From positions 232,643 to 296,642 of the IMG/VR virus record IMGVR_UViG_3300045135_002615: a stretch of 64,000 nucleotides of DNA, one strand, 5' to 3'. The notes beneath the pieces were generated by a model. It did no database searches. It was not told the origin of the DNA and worked only from the letters and a program-made list of their open reading frames with translations. Of this stretch, positions 1 through 8,785 are shown piece after piece. Position 1 is the stretch's first letter. Every line of letters begins with the position of its first letter. A program made the position numbers and the translations under genes.

Positions 1-105
1 TTGAAGGTGGAGGGTAGAGCCCCCCCACGAGTTGACCCACCCAACTAAGTGGTCAGCATAGAGCGTCAAGCTCACAACTTGAAACATCATAGGAGTTAAT
101 ACTCC
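1..105 (+). ncRNA. Possible 3' end of a structured non-coding RNA, truncated by the window edge
   Basis: No annotated ORF; consecutive hairpins GTGG-A-GGG..CCC-C-CCAC, GTTGACC-CAC..GTG-GTCAGC, GAGC..GCTC, GGAGT..ACTCC, then a terminator. Confidence 0.25.
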
Positions 106-109
106 ACAC

Positions 110-145
110 TAAAGGGCTCCCAATATGGGAGCTTTTAGTTTATTT
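110..145 (+). terminator. Intrinsic terminator
   Basis: AAAGGGCTCCCA-ATA-TGGGAGCTTTT followed by T-rich sequence. Confidence 0.6.
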
Positions 146-162
146 AGGGTAGGGCATCCACA

Positions 163-261
163 ATGGATAAACTCATCTACCTATATGCGTCAGCGATCAT
201 TATTTCTGCTCTCGCTACTCACTACCTGCTAATCTCCCTCTTAATAAAAATCTTCTACTGA
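163..261 (+). CDS. 32-aa hydrophobic micro-protein, not in the ORF track
   Basis: MDKLIYLYASAIIISALATHYLLISLLIKIFY; fills the gap between the terminator and the next gene. Confidence 0.45.
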   Translation: MDKLIYLYASAIIISALATHYLLISLLIKIFY

Positions 262-277
262 AATCTTAAGGAAAAAA

Positions 278-568
278 ATGATTTACTTTATTATTCTTGG
301 GCTAGTCACGCTCGGCGTAGGTCTTTACCACGATGATATTCGCATCTTCTTTGGTATCTTCATCATCGGCATGACTGCGATGGCTCATCGAGCAGAGGAG
401 GTGGTGACCTTCTCTGTGTGTGAGACCGAGGCTCAGAAGTTCGCACCTGTGGAGCGACACGGTCTTGAGGCTCTTAAGAAGGCTTACCCCTCACTTCAGT
501 GTGAGGAGGTGAAACTGAGCCGAAGTGAGGCTGCCCGAATCCGCGAGGCGATCATTAAAACTCGTTGA
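278..568 (+). CDS. Hypothetical membrane protein
   Basis: Two N-terminal hydrophobic segments; AAGGA SD. Confidence 0.7.
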   Translation: MIYFIILGLVTLGVGLYHDDIRIFFGIFIIGMTAMAHRAEEVVTFSVCETEAQKFAPVERHGLEALKKAYPSLQCEEVKLSRSEAARIREAIIKTR

Positions 569-592
569 CAGAGGTGTGCTCCTTAGTATAAT
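565..592 (+). promoter_or_regulatory. sigma70-type promoter for tRNA-Glu
   Basis: TTGACA-N16-TATAAT with perfect hexamers, 42 nt upstream of the tRNA. Confidence 0.8.
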
Positions 593-633
593 AGAGGTGC
601 AGATAACGCCACCTCAAAAGAGGAACACATTCA

Positions 634-705
634 GGTCCCATCGTCTAGTGGTCAGGACATCGGCCTTTCACGCCGAGAACACGGGTTCAAATCCCGTTGG
701 GATCA
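634..705 (+). tRNA. tRNA-Glu(TTC), no encoded CCA
   Basis: Cloverleaf: GGTCCCA/TGGGATC acceptor, TCGGC-CT-TTC-AC-GCCGA anticodon arm, GGTTCAAATCC T-arm. Confidence 0.95.
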
Positions 706-712
706 TTCTAAC

Positions 713-738
713 AAGCCCCTCAGCGGGCTTCTTTTTTT
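713..738 (+). terminator. Intrinsic terminator after tRNA-Glu
   Basis: AAGCCC-CTCAGC-GGGCTT-CTTTTTTT. Confidence 0.75.
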
Positions 739-748
739 GGATTCACTA

Positions 749-931
749 ATGAACAAAGATATTCGATCCCTCTCCTCCATCTTCGGAGGTCTTCCTAACT
801 ACCTCCAAAGGACAAAAGACTTCTCATGGACATGTATTGATAAGAGGGGGTATAAGGTTTCACTGTACTACACCCCTACAAAGCCAGGTGTGGTAGAGGT
901 GTACGAGCCCCCCCTCATGGATGGGTATTAA
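749..931 (+). CDS. Hypothetical protein
   Basis: 60-aa ORF between two tRNAs; no recognised motif. Confidence 0.45.
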   Translation: MNKDIRSLSSIFGGLPNYLQRTKDFSWTCIDKRGYKVSLYYTPTKPGVVEVYEPPLMDGY

Positions 932-1073
932 GGTCGATTCCTTTGGGATTGGCTTTATAGATATCTCCGATCTCCATCTTTTCTTTGAGAACAAAAACTA
1001 CTAACTCTTGGAAGTGAGAGTCTGTAATAATCACTCACTTAGGGTGATTATTACTATAACCTTTTCACATAGA

Positions 1074-1146
1074 GGGTTGTTAGCTCAATAGGTAGAGCAG
1101 CGGACTTTTAATCCGTTGGTTCAGGGTTCGAGTCCCTGACGACCCA
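1074..1146 (+). tRNA. tRNA-Lys(TTT), no encoded CCA
   Basis: GGGTTGT/ACGACCC acceptor, GCGGA-CT-TTT-AA-TCCGT anticodon arm, GGTTCGAGTCC T-arm. Confidence 0.95.
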
Positions 1147-1227
1147 TTACCCCATAGGCTCCGTAGCTAGGAGCATACGTTTTCAGCCACCCATTAGTAG
1201 GTGGCTTTTGTTTAGGAGAACAAACAA

Positions 1228-1482
1228 ATGCAGATCAAGAATCTTACACGCAGTTTCTTTTACTTTGACGGCAACATCACCGAGGCACTTGAGGAGTATG
1301 TTGTCAAGCATCACGGTCTTACCTTTGATGGTGACCTCATCATTGAGGACGAGCAGGGTCTGTGGTTCATCAGCCCAGGTGAGTACATCGTCAAGAGTGA
1401 TGATGTGATCATTGGTGCATGTGACGCAAGCGGTTTCGCAGAGTACTCACTCTACGCCTCACAGATCGAGGTGGCACGATGA
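1228..1482 (+). CDS. Hypothetical phage protein
   Basis: AGGAG SD; PGEYIVK motif of the kind seen in small phage proteins. Confidence 0.7.
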   Translation: MQIKNLTRSFFYFDGNITEALEEYVVKHHGLTFDGDLIIEDEQGLWFISPGEYIVKSDDVIIGACDASGFAEYSLYASQIEVAR

Positions 1483-1760
1483 AGAAGCTCCTCGCTGTAC
1501 TCGCTCTCACCGCTCTTGCCACAGGTTGCACCGATGCCACAATCGGTGCTTATGGGTCTTACGGCTCACGGGGTCACGCCACTTGCTACTCAGGCGGCAA
1601 GGTCACTTTCAACGCGATCTCAACGGGTCGCGTGAAAGACCAAGAGAACTCAGACGGGTTCTCAGCCAAGTGGCAGGACGTGGGGTCTGATGGGAAACCT
1701 CAAGGACCTGTCTACTACGCCACGGTAAGTGGGCAGTGCATCATCAAGTACCTCGACTGA
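1479..1760 (+). CDS. Lipoprotein
   Basis: MKKLLAVLALTALATG-C signal peptide with lipobox; ATGA overlap with the upstream gene. Confidence 0.8.
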   Translation: MKKLLAVLALTALATGCTDATIGAYGSYGSRGHATCYSGGKVTFNAISTGRVKDQENSDGFSAKWQDVGSDGKPQGPVYYATVSGQCIIKYLD

Positions 1761-3126
1761 TGATCACTTCAACACTAGCCAAGCTAGTGGCAACGCTGGT
1801 CGACTTGCGTAAAATACTCGCAAGACGACCCGCAGGGAAAGGCTGATAGAGTTCCTCTCTACTTAAGAGTTGGTCTTCAGTCAAATCCGCATTCCTAGCT
1901 ACGGCTCTTAAGGGCTCTTTAAGAGCTTCATTAAGGGTTGGGGAGCTAGTCTCTATCTTGTATAGAGTTGGCAAAGCCCCCTCTACATATCCGTTCTTTA
2001 AAGCATCGGACATGGAGAGGAGGGCTTTTTCTGTTTGTACTCTCCTCACTCTACCCTCTGCTTCCGTATGACCACCTACTTTGAGCCTGATCAGTGAACC
2101 CGTTAGAGCATTAGCCCTCTGCCTCCACAAATCTTGTGTGTGGGTATGAGGGCTTTCTTGTGCTTCCTTTAAGAGCATCTCAGCTCTCTCTGCTGTCTTT
2201 TCAGCGTGTTCATCATAAGGGTATGTGATCATCTCATTGAAGTTAAGAACGCACTCAAAAGCGGATCCAAAGAACTCGGCTTTGAACTCACCATCAAGGT
2301 TAGGTTGGTGGACATGTCCTCCTGTAAATGCGGCGAAATCCTCCATCCACCCCATTCCCCATATGACTCTAGGGGCTTCTACGGCATGACAGTCGAGTAC
2401 TCCCTTGTGCCTGTTTAGTTGGATTGTCTTGAGAGCCTGACCGCTAATGAAAGGGGCGACGAGGACTAGTGGTCTGCCCTCAAATCCACCCATGAGCTCC
2501 ATGATCGGCACGACCTGCTTCAAGTCTTTGAGGGGTTGGCTTGATAGGGCAAACATAGGTCCTTCTAGGTATGCCTCTTTATCTGTATGTATTCTTACTG
2601 ATGAGTGTAGTGCCTCTGACTCAATGACCTCACACCCGACACCGATACCCTTCTCTAGCGTGATGTGTGTGGCTAGACCTCCACTCAGGTTGAGTGCCTC
2701 AGCGACCTTCTCAACACTTTCCCTATCTAAAGAACTCTCCATACCTATCTTGATAAGGGTATGTTCACTTGAGGGTAATGGTTTGATGTCTTTGATAGCC
2801 TCTAATACCGCATTATCGACTTGGTTAGTGTATGTCGGGTGTGGTGAGTCATACATGCGTGAGAAGCTCTTTAAAAGCCCCGTAGAGAGCAGGCAAGCAG
2901 TTTTAGCACCATCACCATTACCACATACCTCCAGGAGGTTGTATTGGACTATTTTTTGTATGATTGGGTTAGGGTAGTGCCATGCATTGAGTATGGACTT
3001 AGCGGAGGGGTTGTTCCATATTGAACCCCCTCTTTGCATCAATACGGTAGTCCCCTTTGCTTTGTGGGCGGCGAGCAAGATTTGTTCTACCTGTTTGATC
3101 GCGGGTATAAGATTATGGAACGACAT
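1744..3126 (-). CDS. Divergent GroEL/chaperonin-60-like protein
   Basis: GDGAKTA (cf. GDGTTTA), EAP..MEDFAAFTGG (cf. KAP..LEDIAILTGG), LTGSLIRLKVGGHTEAE (cf. LAGGVAVIKVGAATEVE). Confidence 0.8.
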   Translation of the reverse strand: MSFHNLIPAIKQVEQILLAAHKAKGTTVLMQRGGSIWNNPSAKSILNAWHYPNPIIQKIVQYNLLEVCGNGDGAKTACLLSTGLLKSFSRMYDSPHPTYTNQVDNAVLEAIKDIKPLPSSEHTLIKIGMESSLDRESVEKVAEALNLSGGLATHITLEKGIGVGCEVIESEALHSSVRIHTDKEAYLEGPMFALSSQPLKDLKQVVPIMELMGGFEGRPLVLVAPFISGQALKTIQLNRHKGVLDCHAVEAPRVIWGMGWMEDFAAFTGGHVHQPNLDGEFKAEFFGSAFECVLNFNEMITYPYDEHAEKTAERAEMLLKEAQESPHTHTQDLWRQRANALTGSLIRLKVGGHTEAEGRVRRVQTEKALLSMSDALKNGYVEGALPTLYKIETSSPTLNEALKEPLRAVARNADLTEDQLLSREELYQPFPAGRLASILRKSTSVATSLASVEVIISRGT

Positions 3127-3157
3127 CGAGGATCTCCATGTGAAAGGACTATGAAAC

Positions 3158-4102
3158 ATGTCTTCATCCGTTATACAGACTAGATCATCAGCGATCAGCT
3201 ATAATACACGAGCCGCTAATTCAGTAGGTTGGGGTGGGTCTATCCCCCCCGCAGCAATAGAGGCTTTCCCAGGTCTTGCTAAAGACCCTTCAACCAATGA
3301 CTTTGCATTAGCTGTGGAGGCCTTCCAAGAGAAGACTTTTGGTGCGGGTGCTTCAGTAGATGGGAAGATGGGGCGTGGTACATGGTCCGCTCTCCTGAAG
3401 CAGTATGATCGAGTAGATGATACACAGCCCTTTTGGACTATTAACGACAGGCGTGTCAACGTGGAGATTGACCCCTCTGTGGAGGTTGTAAACTTTGATC
3501 AGCCAGGTGGTCTTGATCTACACCGATTTGGTCACTTCTCATCTCGTAAGCGACCCCCACGCTTTATTGTGGTACATTGGGGCGGTCTTGACCCTCATCA
3601 TTGTTACAGGGTATTCTCAAGCCCTGATCGTCAAGTGAGCTCTCATGCGGGTATTGGGGTCTCACCTGAAGGCACCGCTACGATCTATCAGTACCTCGAC
3701 CTCAACCATAAGTCATGGCACGCAGGTTGGGCAAACTCATATTCTGTAGGTATTGATATTTGTCAGCAACCTTCTCTTAGGTGGAAGGATCATTACATCA
3801 AGAATGGTTACAACGTCCAAGAGATGAAGAACATGACGGGCAGGGGCGATGCTAATGTTTTGACCCTTGATCCTAGAGTAGCAATCGCTACTCGTGAAGC
3901 CGTTAAGAGCCTCTGTAAGGTTCTTAACATCCCTTATCAGTTCCCATGTGGTTCAGATGGTCAGAGCTATGAGGGTGGTTTTTATCATGGGGTAGTGGAT
4001 AAGGATTATCTCACTAACTCCTTCACAGGTGTGATTGGGCATCATCATATCACACAGAAGAAGTGGGATTGTGCCTGTTGGTGGGACACTCTCTTTGGTT
4101 GA
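3158..4102 (+). CDS. N-acetylmuramoyl-L-alanine amidase (Amidase_2) with N-terminal peptidoglycan-binding domain; probable endolysin
   Basis: AVEAFQ..VDGKMGRGTW PG-binding motif; IVVHW, SSH, SWHAG..N..SVGIDI, VIGHH..KWDC amidase motifs. Confidence 0.85.
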   Translation: MSSSVIQTRSSAISYNTRAANSVGWGGSIPPAAIEAFPGLAKDPSTNDFALAVEAFQEKTFGAGASVDGKMGRGTWSALLKQYDRVDDTQPFWTINDRRVNVEIDPSVEVVNFDQPGGLDLHRFGHFSSRKRPPRFIVVHWGGLDPHHCYRVFSSPDRQVSSHAGIGVSPEGTATIYQYLDLNHKSWHAGWANSYSVGIDICQQPSLRWKDHYIKNGYNVQEMKNMTGRGDANVLTLDPRVAIATREAVKSLCKVLNIPYQFPCGSDGQSYEGGFYHGVVDKDYLTNSFTGVIGHHHITQKKWDCACWWDTLFG

Positions 4103-4109
4103 TTGATAC

Positions 4110-4415
4110 ATGGCTTCTCTCTTCATTAGTAATGATCTGACGAAGGCACTCAAACTAAAGGTTAGTCTTGGGTGCCCCCACATACACTTTGTAGCTGAAG
4201 AGGATTGTGACTCCTTCACTTCAGAGATTGTTTGGGGAGAGGTCTTATTTAATGGTCTTCAAGTTGCCCTGAATATGGGGGCGTGTATCGTTTCGTATGT
4301 AGACCATCACAGGAGGTCTACATTTATCGACCCTGACGACCTTGACCTATTGCTATCACAACAGAAGAACTTGGAATCATACTTGAGAGAAGTAGATGTC
4401 TATCACGTTAGATGA
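4110..4415 (+). CDS. Hypothetical protein
   Basis: 101-aa ORF in a tight operon. Confidence 0.6.
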   Translation: MASLFISNDLTKALKLKVSLGCPHIHFVAEEDCDSFTSEIVWGEVLFNGLQVALNMGACIVSYVDHHRRSTFIDPDDLDLLLSQQKNLESYLREVDVYHVR

Positions 4416-4968
4416 AGCCTACCAGATGTACATGATGGGTATTGGATACAGAGACATCTGTCAGCATATGGGTCTTGACATGGACCAAGCTAGATGGAAG
4501 GTCAAGAGTTATGCTTTGAAGAACAATCTCTTGTATCCTCGCCCCCCTCAAGATCATACTCTCCTCTACAATCTATACTTGAACAAGATGCCCCCAAAAG
4601 ACATTGCCAGGTATCTAGGGATACGCAGCAATAAGATATGGGAACGCCTTGACAAGTATTGTAGGGAGAACTATCTGCCGATGCCAACAAAAAAGCCCTA
4701 CGAGAGGGCTCAGGTGGCTTATGCTCTTAGGCAACGTGGTTTGAGCTATAGTAAGGTAGCCAAGATGGTAGGCTACTACGACAGGTCAAACTGCTTCAAT
4801 GCGATTAAGGCTTATTGTCGTACTTACGGGGTTGGTGATAGTTCCCATACTGAGGGGGCTGACCATACTGATGACCATACTGAGGAGGTTGTCCATAGTG
4901 ATGTCCATAGTGAGGAGGGGGAGGGGGATACCCATAAGGGGGGTATTGGTGATGATGGCGGGGAGTAG
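4396..4968 (+). CDS. Multi-HTH DNA-binding protein
   Basis: Three HTH-like repeats: GIGYRDICQHMG, MPPKDIARYLG, GLSYSKVAKMVG. Confidence 0.7.
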   Translation: MSITLDEAYQMYMMGIGYRDICQHMGLDMDQARWKVKSYALKNNLLYPRPPQDHTLLYNLYLNKMPPKDIARYLGIRSNKIWERLDKYCRENYLPMPTKKPYERAQVAYALRQRGLSYSKVAKMVGYYDRSNCFNAIKAYCRTYGVGDSSHTEGADHTDDHTEEVVHSDVHSEEGEGDTHKGGIGDDGGE

Positions 4969-5401
4969 ACTCACGGAAGATGTCTCTCTCCCAACGCTTC
5001 CTTTGACGGCTGATGGTAGAGGGGCTTACTTGGTGGACGCATCTCTCTGAGAGTTCTTTATCGTTGAGACCCGCGTCATAGAGATTGATGACATGGATCA
5101 TGTATCCAAACTTTGTACCCATCTCGATGTAAGGGTCTACTTCCCACTTGCGTGAGAAGGTGTTGTGGACAACAACGGCATGCCAGTCATCTTCGAGGAG
5201 ATCTCGTGTCGATTCTTTACACCACTCATGTGCTTCTTTGAGCTTCTCGACATCAAAGTGGTACTCGCCTTTATCGTTGATGAAAAACTCGTCAACGCAG
5301 ATCTCGGTGCGTGTGCTTACATCGCCGCAAATAAGATTCGCCAGCTCTGTCTTACCAGATCCTGATAGTCCTCGGATTAAGATCAGTTTTTTATTCTTCA
5401 A
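4805..5401 (-). CDS. P-loop kinase (AAA_33/N4BP2-like) with a Pro/Gln/Tyr/Gly/His low-complexity tail
   Basis: LILIRGLSGSGKT Walker A, VVVHNTF, RCVHQV..I.RQ..RWE; TTG start. Confidence 0.8.
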   Translation of the reverse strand: MKNKKLILIRGLSGSGKTELANLICGDVSTRTEICVDEFFINDKGEYHFDVEKLKEAHEWCKESTRDLLEDDWHAVVVHNTFSRKWEVDPYIEMGTKFGYMIHVINLYDAGLNDKELSERCVHQVSPSTISRQRKRWERDIFRESTPRHHHQYPPYGYPPPPPHYGHHYGQPPQYGHQYGQPPQYGNYHQPRKYDNKP

Positions 5402-5412
5402 TGTCGTAGCTC

Positions 5413-5589
5413 CTAAAGCTGTATCTCGATCACCCTCTTGGGCTCTTCTTTTTTTCGCTCAACAATCGGGCGATCTTGAAAAGGGTTGTCTTCTAAGGGT
5501 AGGGGTAGTTGAATCCCCCTGTCCCAATCTTCTTGCCACTCCTTAACGCTTGGGGGTGGCTTACGTTCTTTTATATTGATCCAAGTCAT
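5413..5589 (-). CDS. Hypothetical protein
   Basis: Begins MTWINIKERKP, a common small phage protein N-terminus; GGAG SD. Confidence 0.55.
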   Translation of the reverse strand: MTWINIKERKPPPSVKEWQEDWDRGIQLPLPLEDNPFQDRPIVERKKEEPKRVIEIQL

Positions 5590-5663
5590 GTTTGTCAACT
5601 CCTTCCGTGTTCATATCTTATAATAAGAGTATGCCATGCAACACACACAAAGGATATTCACAC

Positions 5664-6008
5664 ATGGACAAAGACGCAATCGCAACACGTTTACTTACTC
5701 TCCGCTCACTCATCCTCCAACTCAAGGAGGAGGAGAACGTCCTTCGCTCTCAGCTTGAGGTAGGGGACAGCATTGAAGTTCCTATGGGTAAGGTCACTTT
5801 CTACACTCAGGTTCGTACCACTTACAATGAGACCGAGCTCTACAGCCATCTTATGGAGGAAGGTATTGACATCGACCTCGTTGGTGAAGCTCGTGTTCGG
5901 GTCAGTCGTGAGAAGGCGGAGTCCGTAAATGAGGACATCGCTACGATCTTGACACAGCATCGCGAGGTTACTGAGGTTCCCTCTCTCAAGGTTACGCCTA
6001 AGAAGTGA
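5664..6008 (+). CDS. Hypothetical protein (coiled coil plus beta region)
   Basis: AAGGA SD before MDKDAIA; phage-like codon usage. Confidence 0.7.
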   Translation: MDKDAIATRLLTLRSLILQLKEEENVLRSQLEVGDSIEVPMGKVTFYTQVRTTYNETELYSHLMEEGIDIDLVGEARVRVSREKAESVNEDIATILTQHREVTEVPSLKVTPKK

Positions 6009-6020
6009 TAGTCTGTTTAT
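6009..6020 (+). promoter_or_regulatory. Putative phage late-promoter motif TAG-N4-TT-WAT (first of 10 exact copies noted)
   Basis: TAGTCTGTTTAT; other copies at 6553, 14540, 14572(-), 16303, 25775, 37751, 39580, 50651(-), 53060. Confidence 0.6.
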
Positions 6021-6066
6021 GGGGGGGCTGATTTATCACAAGCCAACCATGAAGGGTGTTCCCCAT

Positions 6067-6552
6067 ATGAGATACTTGACTTCAAATATGAGCAGGTCTG
6101 TACCGCACATGCCCAATCTTTCCGTAGCACAGAGGAAAGATCTCTTCCGATTAGAGTCGATGCTCTCTTCTACTCAAGAGTATACACAGCTGCCCTCCGC
6201 TTACTCCAAGATGACTCACATATTAAAAAGTAAGGTCTTCACAGACCGGAGTAGCGTAGATGATGCCAGTAACCATATCGAGTCTCTAGGCGTATTAAAA
6301 GATGTCTTTGACAGGGTCAGGAATCACCTCAAAAAAGAGATGGTGAGAGAGTATAAAGAGCTTCTTGCGGATCGTAGGTCTGCGGAGGTGCGTGGTGACA
6401 TTGCACTAGTAGAAGACCTCGAAGATGAGATCTACTTTCATCAGCGGGATTTTAATAAGACTACGGATCGACTCAAACTTATTGATCGTCAATACCGCAC
6501 AGAGATCAATGTACTCGTCAAGCACAAGGTCAGCCTGACCCGTATACGTTGA
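6067..6552 (+). CDS. Hypothetical helical protein
   Basis: Coiled-coil-like ORF; start chosen from SD and leader hairpin position. Confidence 0.65.
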   Translation: MRYLTSNMSRSVPHMPNLSVAQRKDLFRLESMLSSTQEYTQLPSAYSKMTHILKSKVFTDRSSVDDASNHIESLGVLKDVFDRVRNHLKKEMVREYKELLADRRSAEVRGDIALVEDLEDEIYFHQRDFNKTTDRLKLIDRQYRTEINVLVKHKVSLTRIR

Positions 6553-6603
6553 TAGTCTTTTTATAGGTACTCTCTCCTATCAATCCACGATAGGAGAATA
6601 CCT

Positions 6604-8214
6604 ATGTATCCACGTCGCCGTAGGCTGTCTCGCACAGCTTCATTTAATCGCGTTCGCACCGCTTCAACTTCATTACTTCGTCAGCTTCACAAGATTGCGA
6701 GTCCTCAAGAGATTCATCGCAAGTACAAGGGCATCGTCTCTCAGTTCATGTCTGATAAGTATACTGCGATGGACGATGCTATCCATGATACAATCTTTGA
6801 TCCTAATGAAAAGAAGCTAGGGACTCTCAGCCTTCGTGACCTCGTAGAGCTAAAGACTGAGCTCTCAGATGCGGTTGCCGAGCTTAATGATGCTTGGAAC
6901 TCAGCTAAAGCTAATGCTCCTAAGATCAAGGCGATGCTTCAGAGGGAGATGGGTAGTGCCTCCGAGGATGACCTTGAGGTTCTTGAGGGGTACTATGACG
7001 AAATCCAAAGTTTCCTTCGTAATGGACACCCTCTTGCAACATACAACCCTTATGCTGACTTCCTTGTGAAGATTGATGAGGAGATTGAGGAGAGGCGTAC
7101 CGAGGGTGAGGACGATGCTAGGTGGAGACGTGAGCTCACCGAACTAATTGCTGACTTTGAGGATAGCTTGGCAGAGCTTGAGGTCATGGATAGAGAGGTT
7201 CGTAGCTATGCCGATCTTCGCCCTCTTAAGATGGTGAAGGTTGATGTTGATATGCTCCTTGACACTACGGGACTCGGATCAAGTTTCCCTGATCGCTATT
7301 CACGGGGCATACTATCAAGTATAAATATGGACGCCGCTCGTGCTTCAATCGCAAAGAAGAGGCACGAGCTGCTCAACCTCCAAAAGGCACTTCCAAGTGT
7401 CAAGGTCGTAGAGCGTAAGCTCAAGGAGTTTGAGAGCGGTGTTCGTGAGAGACATGATCTCATCCGCCGTGCGAAAGAGGTTGATGCTCACACATGGCAG
7501 ATGAACATTGGTCCTGATGCAGAGAAACTCAAGGGGAAGACCGAACTACTAGAGGCTCGTTCATCAGCTGTCAGAGCTGCAATTACGCTCTATCTGAGAG
7601 ACCTCAAGATTTTCTCCATTACCCTAGCGGGTCAGATTACACGTCTTGAGAAGGTTTATGAGTCATCTCGTGATGTTGAGATCAATGCGAACCTTGCTTC
7701 TGAGAGGAAGATTAAGTATTTGAAGTCTTCTCTCAGAGACATTCAAACTGTCCTCAATCGTGGAGTAAAGTCCTCACGAGACCTTAAGGCTCTTACTGAG
7801 CGGTTTGAAAAGTTAGAGGCTCAGGCACAAGCAGGTGGGTCATCCGTGGTTCGTGAGATTGCACATCAGCTTCGTGATACAAAGGCAGCTCTCAAGTCCG
7901 TTGTGGTCGATGAGGGACTCATGGGTAAGTTTAGAGGTCTCTTCTCTCGCAAGGCTTCTTATGAGTACATGGCAGAGATGGATCGTGTAGCCTCTGATAT
8001 GGGTTACATGGGTTCAGACATAGACATGATGGCAGACGAGTGGATGTCTGACGATCTTGAGGCTGAATTCATGGGAGAGGATCTTGAGGCCGACTTCATG
8101 GCTGAGATGTATGTCGAAGGTGATGACTTCGAGGCTATGGAGGTGATGGCACCTCGCAGGGCTTCAATGAACCGTAGGGCTTCACGCCTCGCCCGTAGAC
8201 ATCTTAGGGGCTAA
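6604..8214 (+). CDS. Coiled-coil protein with Arg-rich R-x-A-S termini and Met/acidic tail; putative virion-internal protein
   Basis: 536-aa ORF; AGGAG SD; RTAS/KIAS at the N-terminus, RKAS/RRAS at the C-terminus. Confidence 0.75.
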   Translation: MYPRRRRLSRTASFNRVRTASTSLLRQLHKIASPQEIHRKYKGIVSQFMSDKYTAMDDAIHDTIFDPNEKKLGTLSLRDLVELKTELSDAVAELNDAWNSAKANAPKIKAMLQREMGSASEDDLEVLEGYYDEIQSFLRNGHPLATYNPYADFLVKIDEEIEERRTEGEDDARWRRELTELIADFEDSLAELEVMDREVRSYADLRPLKMVKVDVDMLLDTTGLGSSFPDRYSRGILSSINMDAARASIAKKRHELLNLQKALPSVKVVERKLKEFESGVRERHDLIRRAKEVDAHTWQMNIGPDAEKLKGKTELLEARSSAVRAAITLYLRDLKIFSITLAGQITRLEKVYESSRDVEINANLASERKIKYLKSSLRDIQTVLNRGVKSSRDLKALTERFEKLEAQAQAGGSSVVREIAHQLRDTKAALKSVVVDEGLMGKFRGLFSRKASYEYMAEMDRVASDMGYMGSDIDMMADEWMSDDLEAEFMGEDLEADFMAEMYVEGDDFEAMEVMAPRRASMNRRASRLARRHLRG

Positions 8215-8785
8215 GCCCAAACTCCCTTCGAGATACAGGCAGGTAGTCAAAGCCAGGTGACACGCTCTCCCCATCGGAGATCTTCTTGCCCTCTTGATCT
8301 ACCTTCATGTTAAAGGTCGCCTTTTCAGCACATGGGCTGAATGTGGCGACCTCTTCTATATTGTCCGCCCACGCCATGAGGTAGGTACTCCCCTCAAATG
8401 GATTACCCTTAAAGTCTGTGCGTAATCCATAAGCAAACACGGGGACTCCGAGTTCATCCGCAACCCGTGTTAAGTCATACACCTGTAGCTTATTCAAGAA
8501 CTGAGACTCATCTACGAATATGACCTTGAGCTCTCTTCGTGCATGCTCTTCAGACACTATCTCAAACAAAGAGCTGTGCTCTTTAAGGGGGGTGGCCTCA
8601 TGCTTAAAGCCCACCCTTGAAGCCACCTGAGCGACACCATCCCTTTTAGCTGCTATAGATGGTATGAGCATCATGAAAGGGATTGATCTCTCATTACAAG
8701 AGTGAGCCCTCATAAGGAGGTTTGCGGTCTTACCCGCATTGACTGTTGAGTAGATAAAGTTTAACAAGGTGACATCTCTCTCCAT
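8204..8785 (-). CDS. tdk: Thymidine kinase
   Basis: FIYSTVNAGKTANLL, IFVDESQF, AYGLRTDFKGNPFEGS..L..AD; true start may lie a few codons downstream. Confidence 0.9.
   Translation of the reverse strand: MERDVTLLNFIYSTVNAGKTANLLMRAHSCNERSIPFMMLIPSIAAKRDGVAQVASRVGFKHEATPLKEHSSLFEIVSEEHARRELKVIFVDESQFLNKLQVYDLTRVADELGVPVFAYGLRTDFKGNPFEGSTYLMAWADNIEEVATFSPCAEKATFNMKVDQEGKKISDGESVSPGFDYLPVSRREFGLSP

Noticed and set aside
525-749. 74-aa ORF in the track
   Set aside because: Spans the promoter, tRNA-Glu and terminator; spurious
1157-1193. tRNA-like relic GGCTCCGTAGCT..AGCCACC after tRNA-Lys
   Set aside because: Only 37 nt, no anticodon or T-arm; its 3' part is explained by a terminator-like hairpin
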